Positions 56,801-64,000 of a DNA stretch of 64,000 nucleotides are shown one piece after another. Both the position numbers and the translations under genes were made by a program. The stretch is from Tubiluchus corallicola (taxonomy: Eukaryota > Animalia > Priapulida), in contig JAQGDQ010000038.1 in NCBI GenBank assembly GCA_030141605.1, positions 682,001 through 746,000 of the forward strand, written 5' to 3'. A model generated the notes under the pieces. That model ran no database searches. It saw only the letters and a list, made by a program, of their open reading frames with translations, and had not been told where the DNA came from. Each line of letters begins with the position of its first letter. Positions within the stretch are counted from its first letter, which is position 1.

Positions 56801-59800
56801 TTATACTTACGATATGTTTTTGGGAGACGTCGCCAAAGAGTCGTCTACAATACGAATATGTAAAGAAATAATCCTTCATTATACGCTGGACTGAATGAAC
56901 ACTCATACTGCGATACTTCACATCAGAGAATGTTTGCATCTTGACATTACTTCACAAAATTAACAAATATTGCTGTAATTTATGTTAATGTATGTGAAAT
57001 TAAGCTAAAATTTATATATTACCGGTAAATAAACTAGCGGCACTTCCACGTATCTTACACACTAACACAGTAGGCTATTCATTTATTACAAGGCCATTGT
57101 TGACATCATTTACTCTGGAAGATCTTAATATTTTATGGTCGACTTGTACACAGGTAATATATAAAATGATGCAATTTTTGGTCTTAAAATGCACATCGAC
57201 TTGTACATAAGGTCGACTTGTACACACGTATATACAATATTTGCCCAAAACATGTCAAATGGCACTTTGCTGCTAATGGGCTCCTACAAATTAAAACTGG
57301 AACACATGCAGAAACAGCTTAATGAACAAAAGATGTGAAATGGTAATTACATGGTAAGACACCCACCTGTGATGCATTCTTGTTTTTCGGTGCAAGTGTA
57401 GAAACCTGTCACAGTCTGCACATAAATTTCCACATAAATTGCACAGAATAATGGCAACTGTTTCTCCATCATCATGATTATCACATGTGGGACGAGGCTG
57501 ACCCTTTGCCGACGCTTGTGCTCCAGCTACCCACTGACCAGAAGATAATTTTTCCACGTGTTCTTTATCTAGGACACAAAGAGAGGCCAATGCCAGCCAC
57601 AATGTGGGTGTCTTTAGACACTCGGCAGGTATTCTATACAATTCTGATAATTTAGTCAGTGAAAGAATGGCCTGAGCTATCGCAGATTTTGTTATGTTTG
57701 ACCAAGCTTCTGTCAGTGTACCTGCCACCATGTCTTTTAGCAATTTTATAATCAATTCGGCTAATGTTCGATCCATAGAACCGCGCAGCCACCATCGTGA
57801 GCCGACATAGTTACCGGAATTCATGGTTAGTGCTAATGTCACGCGCTCTAAGCCTTTCAACCCAGTGCTTCGCTTCTGTTTTACCTGCACACTCAAAGAT
57901 TTTGCAATACAGCCGAGTAACATATCCAGAATTCCTACTTGATTAGGATCATGGTCACCATGAGATATACTAGTTTCTGAGGAATTAGCATCTATTCCAA
58001 AGTTGCAGGGAGGAAGAGCGGTAATACCTAGGATGTTAGCTAAAGTTTGTGGAGACACTTCAGGCAGAACACGTCTCAACAATGAGACAACCTGACGCTG
58101 TACACGAGGCGATGCTGTATGCAACAAAGTGAATAAATCTTGCAGAAGACTGTACTGCTGTGCTAAGTAACTTCGACCAACTACCGATCCACTAAGTGCT
58201 AAAACCATAGACAGCAACTCAAAGCAGTAAGTATCAGAAGCTCGTGATGTATCTTGAGAGTGTGGACTAGAGCTTAAATTAGTGGCCCACTCGTCATGCA
58301 CTCGAACAGTCTCTTTACAAATAGCCATTACAATGTGGGCGCAAACTTGCTTCTGCAGATGACTGAGCTTGCTGCGGCTAAACAAAATACCAACCATGTG
58401 TTCCTTTAAGTCATTCTCGCTCTCACTGACTTCCATTTTGTCATCAATCCTTTCTTCTTTGCTATAGTCAGCAACACTTCCATCTTCGTGTATCAAGCGA
58501 CCAAAAACTTGTGAAGCTAAAAGCCTAAACACTTTCAGTGTTTCGCTTTCACAATTTCGGCTTTGCACTCTAATGGCCGACACTTGCTTCGGAACAGGTA
58601 GTAGCTCACCTTCCACTTGTCCAAGAACTTTAATTTGTCGTACTCTCAGGGTGTTATCTGGACCACGCAGATCAACTCGAATCACGCTGAGTTTTACTGT
58701 TCTATCGAGAAAGCAGTTCACCCACCCGTAATGCCGACTTTCAAGATCAACTGCACTAATTTTATTCATCTCCTCTGCTGTTGTACCAGCACTGAAAGCC
58801 ACAGAACCAACTTTGTATGCTAGATCCCTGGAATTATCAATGTGAACATAGACTGCCAAAGGATTAACTTGGTCCTGACATGTCAGAGTGATCTGTTTCG
58901 TCTTGTTTCGATCTTCCTCACCACTTTCCCAAAATGTTTCTGTGGAGCCGTCAGTCAAGCTGCCAATCATTGCTTGTCGACTAGAGACCTTTACATCTAT
59001 CATAGTCGTAAAATCTTTTAACATTTCAACTTTGCTTGTGATCTTTTCTACATCCATCATTGGATTCTCCTCGGCTGTCTCATCCGAATGCGACAAGATC
59101 TGGCTAATGTTACTGAACACATGGCTTTTGTGCAAGAATAAATGATCTGACTGCTTAAACTTTAGACAAAAGCACTGCATTGCCATCTGCTGTACTGAGC
59201 TGCCAGTTGGTAGCAACATCATGATGTCAGAGATCGTTTGCAACAAAGTATGGAAAGCGTCAGTGAGCGGTCGCACTGCCTCACCAGCAATACTTATGTC
59301 ATCAAGCGGATGTTCACACACGCCAACATCCAAGTCTTGCTCTTTTTTCTCTAGTTGCTGTTCTTCAACATCTGTAGACAGGACTGGTAACAAAGCAGAC
59401 ACAAGGTGCCACAAGAGATCATGTAAGCAAACAGTCTGAGTAACACTGCACAGCAGCCAGTTTAGTGCTTGCATTGCATATATTTTGCACGTTGCTTTCC
59501 GTAAAGCATGCATCATTGCAGCCCGCAATCCATCAAGGTCATGTCTCTGTATGATAAAAGTCATTACAGACCTCGTCAGAATGCGATCGGGGGAAGATTC
59601 TGCAGCTGCCAGTTTGGTGAGGAGTGCACTAGGATTTCGTAACAAGGAAGAACTGCCGTCAGGGCTGCTGCACCCACTGCTGTTGTTGCGTTTCCTGGTT
59701 AACATGATCCGCTGTTGGTTCCAGTCGTTGTCGCCAGCTGACACAGAACGCTGGAACGTTGTCCGCCGCATTAAATCAACATCACTCATGGGACTGCCTT

Positions 59801-62800
59801 CAGCGCTAACAGCCATTCCTTGTGGACTAGAATCTGTGCTAGAAGCTCCATCTGCACTTGGTAAGAGCAGTTTGCCAGCACCATGGCAAGCCGAAGTAGA
59901 ATGCCAGATGCCAGATGCTGGAATTCCGATGCCATTGAACATAAGATGCTCACTGGCTTTATTGCCACGCATACCTAGTGTATATAGAAATTGAAAGGGA
60001 ACATGGGGAAATGGATTGACATCTGACGGCAAGTTTTCGTTTAGAACTGGAAGGTTGAGATCATACTTGACACCAGGCTGCTTTTTAGCAGGCGTCATAA
60101 ATGGTTCAATGTTTATTTTAACACCAGAAGCAGTGGCTAAGTCCAAAAGAAATAATGCATTTGATTTCATTACCAAGTGAGGTTCCAAGGCAGGAAATGG
60201 AGTATTCTGCCTGGCAGCCGGCAATCGTTTCTTTGGCTTTTTTACTCGCTCTTTTGAAGCTTGACGTTTTAACTGTAGATATTTTTCTCGACATGAATCA
60301 CAAATGAGATACCAGCTACTACCACCGACTCCCCCATCCCCACAGTTACCTGAGAAAGAAAAAAGAAAAACAGTGCAAACAGTTGATTATTTTTCACATG
60401 CCAAACATATTATCAATTATTTGCCACAAGTCTTTAGGCCCGAAAATAAGGGATTACACATTAATTTAATGGAGATGGAATTAGCTTGTAAATTTCTCAA
60501 CAACGGACTTTAATGTAGTTCAGTACAGAATCACAGCTTGTTTAAACACTATTGCTGGGGCATGCTTGCAGTTAACAGATCTCTTGATTTGTATATGACA
60601 GAATCCGTGACACGGTATTTGCTTTGCGAGAATGCTGTTCCATTTATTACATGCAGAATACTAAGTAGAGGCTGTTACATCAGACTAGTTCAGCTGTTTC
60701 ACCTCTTTAATAATTTACAGTACAAACATTTACAACAGTATCTTACCTGCCCATCCACCACATAATGTGCCTCCACTGTTATAACCTTGCCCGCCTGCAT
60801 GGCGTCCACAGCCAGGATGGATTTGTCGCATGTGGAACGTTACAGGATGTGGAAAAATGCCTCCACACAGCTCGCAAAGTGTTTCACTGCCTCCTAGTGG
60901 CTCTCCAAGATCGCCCAAAGAATTTCCTCGTGCACCAAATGGCTGCCGAGGAAAATCTTTCTTTTTCTTAATTTTGCGTTCCTTATCTTTAATTATATCT
61001 GGTTTACTTGCCCTGCAACATTTGATAAATAATGCTTAGCAAGTACTGCGCAGTTTTAACAAATGGCATTTGTTTTTCTTGTGGTATCATTCTTCAAGTA
61101 ACCAATGCAATATGAAAGAATAAAGAAGACAACAAAATGAAACCAATGTAAGAAAAGACCAAATGGTATTAATGAGTCTGATATTACTTGCAAGTAAGTA
61201 AATACACTGTACACTGTAGTGTGAGCAAGCCGTAAAAAATGATGAAAAATACCATTTTATTCATATATTTTGCTTTTCATCTGTCAAAAATCCTAGTAAG
61301 TAAAGTACTTAATGTAGAAATTGGGGTGTGAATGCGGTAAGAGACTCTTGAGTCATCAAATTCTTTTTAATTTTGAGACATTGTTAAAAACCACAAGAAA
61401 TTGTGTTACCTAATAACAGATGGTCCAGTTGCAGGACTTGGGAGTATTAAATGCTGCTTTACCACACGGCCCACAGCTGTAGAAATGTTGTCCCAGAGTA
61501 CCACCAAATGGCGAAGTGCTTCAGGGAGCTCAAGTTCAGGTTGCACTTCTGCAGCCACATTTTTTGTTGATTCCGAATTTCCTTCCCCGCCAGCGAAACT
61601 GTCAGATCTCTCTCGCTTCACACTTGCCACATTTGTAATTTCCTCGTTTAATGCTGCAGAAGTACAAAGAGGTGTTACACTTGTGACGTTGGCATTTACT
61701 GGCAGCCGATGCAATGGATCTGTAAACTGCACTTCGAGCAAATTTTTGCTTGGCACGGCATTAACAGAATGCCTCATTTTTCTTTGATTGGTATTTATTA
61801 CAGCCACAGGTTTGTCTGAAAGTTTGTGTGACTGTTTAGAAAGATTAGGGTAGAATTTTAAAAAAGATGCACAAGCCATTGCGTCATGCGCTATACCTTC
61901 ATGCCACAAAAATGCAGCAAACACTGCTCGTGTACATTCGGCAACACTAGGTGATACAGCCTGTCGCGGGATCTCTTTTTGCTGTAGGTGACCAATAGCA
62001 AGCTGTTCTTTAGGAGCGGGCGAATGAGCATGGTCACGCTTACTTCTCCCTTTTGTACGATCTTTTCTCTGCATCTTAGGTGAAACTCTCACTGCTTCTT
62101 CCCTTAAACCTCCAGTTCCAATACTGAAATGTCCTTTGATATCTAAGGGACTTGTTTGTGTGCCAGTCTGTATTACTCTCTTTCCTGTGGACAGCAGCAC
62201 AGACTCTTTTGTCACAAATGGACCATCATGTTGTTTCAGCAATGGAGATGGCCCTCGTAATGGGCTGCCAGATGGAGAAGAACCAAGGCTTATGCAATCT
62301 TCTTTAAGTGTTGAAGAGAGAGTGCTGCAACTATGCTTCTCTCGTTCCAGTGTCGAAAACGGGCTTGTCGAATCATCTTTTGTCTCTTTATAAACATGGA
62401 TGGTTGCTGGATCCCGGGTTATCCCAGCAGATGGATTTGCCCCAGGACTCGGATGTACCGCACTAGATTTCAAAATGGTAGAATATGGACTAGTCCCTGG
62501 GCTAGGATGTCCTGCTTCCTCGGGTTTTGTCATAGCAAAAGGACTTATTTCTCCACTAGAAATGCTCCACAACGAATCTCTTCTTGACTCGGGGCTTGAA
62601 CAGAAACTACCCCTTAGTGGTGATGGGATAGGTCTGGGACTTGAGCTTCGACTATTGCTCCGTTTTGGAGTGCATGGTGGGCTTCGTGGTGGTGTCACTC
62701 CATTGCCATTAACTCTGCTTTCTCCCAGTGCTTTCACTAGTTCCTTTACAGACATGCCATGCAATTCTGGTGGAATGTCTTTATTGAAACTCATATGACG

Positions 62801-63754
62801 ATCTCTTAAAATAACATCAGGCGGTTTTTCATCTCTCACAACTCTGCGATGTATATCTGCAGATCTTTTAATACTACTCAATGATGGTTTTTCTGGAATT
62901 GGAGGTTTTATTATTGGCACATTACGAGGAACATGTTTAACATTTGTCAAATCACCAATTGCACTATCATCCTGATCAGAAAATACAGACAGATTCGGTT
63001 CGTCCCCTAAGCCGTTTGCAACAAATGTGGGCTGAAGTAAAGGTTGCACTTCTGCTTGAAACACAGAGGAATTGGCTATCACACTACCACCTATAATATC
63101 ATCACATACATCTGAAAGCCCGTTTGACAAAATAACAGTTGAACCAGTATGCAAATCTTGTTTAGTAGATGGCCTAGACAAAGTGCCCATGCGTGGAAAT
63201 TCAGAATCGCCACTACTAAAAAGGCTGCTACAATGCTTTATAAATGACGGTTGTGGTTGTTGAGAAACATTACTAAAATCAAAGCCCTTTTCATCATTTT
63301 TCTCCTTTAACCTCTCATCTACTGCATCATCTTGTTGAAGATAGTAGAGGTCATAAAATGTACGACACAGTGACCAAGCTTCACCTTCAGGATTAAAACA
63401 AAACTTTCTCATGCTCTCTTTATCTAGTTTCACCCAAGTTCCCTCACTGTTGGTAATTTCATCGACTACACCAATCTGATTACCAAGTACTAACATACCA
63501 ACTGCAGCAGCTTTCAGGTTAGGCCGTGTCCTGATATTGTGGCCTGATGATCCACATTTTACCACGCGATATATTCCGCATCCATTTTGCTTGGCTTGAC
63601 CTGTGTTTTCTGTGCAAGATATATCAGGCATTTTGCGCATGATGGTTTCTTTGACAATTTCATCTAGTATTGACTTTGGCTGATCTAATGGTACAAGTAG
63701 TGTCTTGCCCAGATGCTGATTGTACTGTAGTGCCCAAGCCTCTATGTGACTGTT
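53803..63754 (-). CDS. MYCBP2: E3 ubiquitin ligase MYCBP2/Highwire/RPM-1 (PHR family), C-terminal ~2240 aa; the 5' part is outside the window
   Basis: Exons 63754-61410, 61012-60747, 60349-57367, 56574-56037, 54402-53803, all phase-consistent. [51 protein letters not shown] domain ([13 protein letters not shown]), B-box (CDNHDDGET), RING-H2 ([27 protein letters not shown]) and tandem-cysteine domain ending [10 protein letters not shown]. Confidence 0.98.
54735..55670. mobile_element. Tc1/mariner-type MITE in the last MYCBP2 intron
   Basis: TA|ctgtaagtacaacatcattatagcga ... tcgctataatggtgttttacag|TA: imperfect TIRs with TA flanks. Confidence 0.65.
56734..57237. mobile_element. Tc1/mariner (pogo/Tc2-like) MITE in a MYCBP2 intron
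   Basis: TA|ccatatatacttatgtacaagtcga ... tcgacttgtacacacgtatatacaa|TA, with several internal gtcgacttgtaca subterminal repeats. Confidence 0.7.
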
Positions 63755-64000
63755 CTGAAATTAAATAAAACAGGTGTAAATTACATGCAATTTACTTGAA
63801 GGTTTTCTAAATGTAATTTTGATTTTTATGACAGTTACATTTATGGATCTTCTTTTACACATTTGTAAAGTTACCTAAAGCTTAATATTTGTTTCATGGG
63901 TGCAGCTGAAATGGTTTCATTAATAGAGATCGATTTATTAACAAATTGTTACTGAAACAGGCCTGTTGTAGTATACGAATCAGAATAAAAATAACTTAAA

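Noticed and set aside
58617-63263. Several + strand ORFs (up to 169 aa) opposite MYCBP2
   Set aside because: Antisense shadows of long coding exons.

Overview
AT-rich, intron-containing nuclear DNA of an invertebrate animal (probably a protostome; inferred from the Marf-like mitofusin N-terminus), so most ORFs in the six-frame track are exon fragments or noise. Five spliced protein-coding genes were assembled by hand from GT-AG boundaries with consistent phases. (1) A conserved, uncharacterised protein on the - strand (<1-9441, possibly extending to 14223). (2) Ribosomal protein uS5/RPS2 (+, 24245-27256, TOP-type first exon), hosting an intronic C/D snoRNA of the SNORD65/snR77 type. (3) Mitofusin/Marf (+, 34429-46886), with a 15-nt microexon and a duplicated copy of that microexon. 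(4) A small orphan gene for a putatively secreted TSP1-like/Thr-rich protein (+, ~50585-52506). (5) The 3' part of the MYCBP2/Highwire E3 ligase (-, 53803->63754). Introns and intergenic DNA carry two LINE relics, MITEs of piggyBac, hAT, Mutator and Tc1/mariner type (several with intact TSDs), a tRNA-derived relic and microsatellites. The most unusual signal is a ~1.1-kb non-coding tract just downstream of RPS2 (27363-28430). It has two dense multi-helix domains whose G-U pairs point to a + strand RNA, joined by an A-rich linker with small hairpins, and it matches no ncRNA family I can recognise. All coordinates and pairings were read by eye; no database search or folding program was run.
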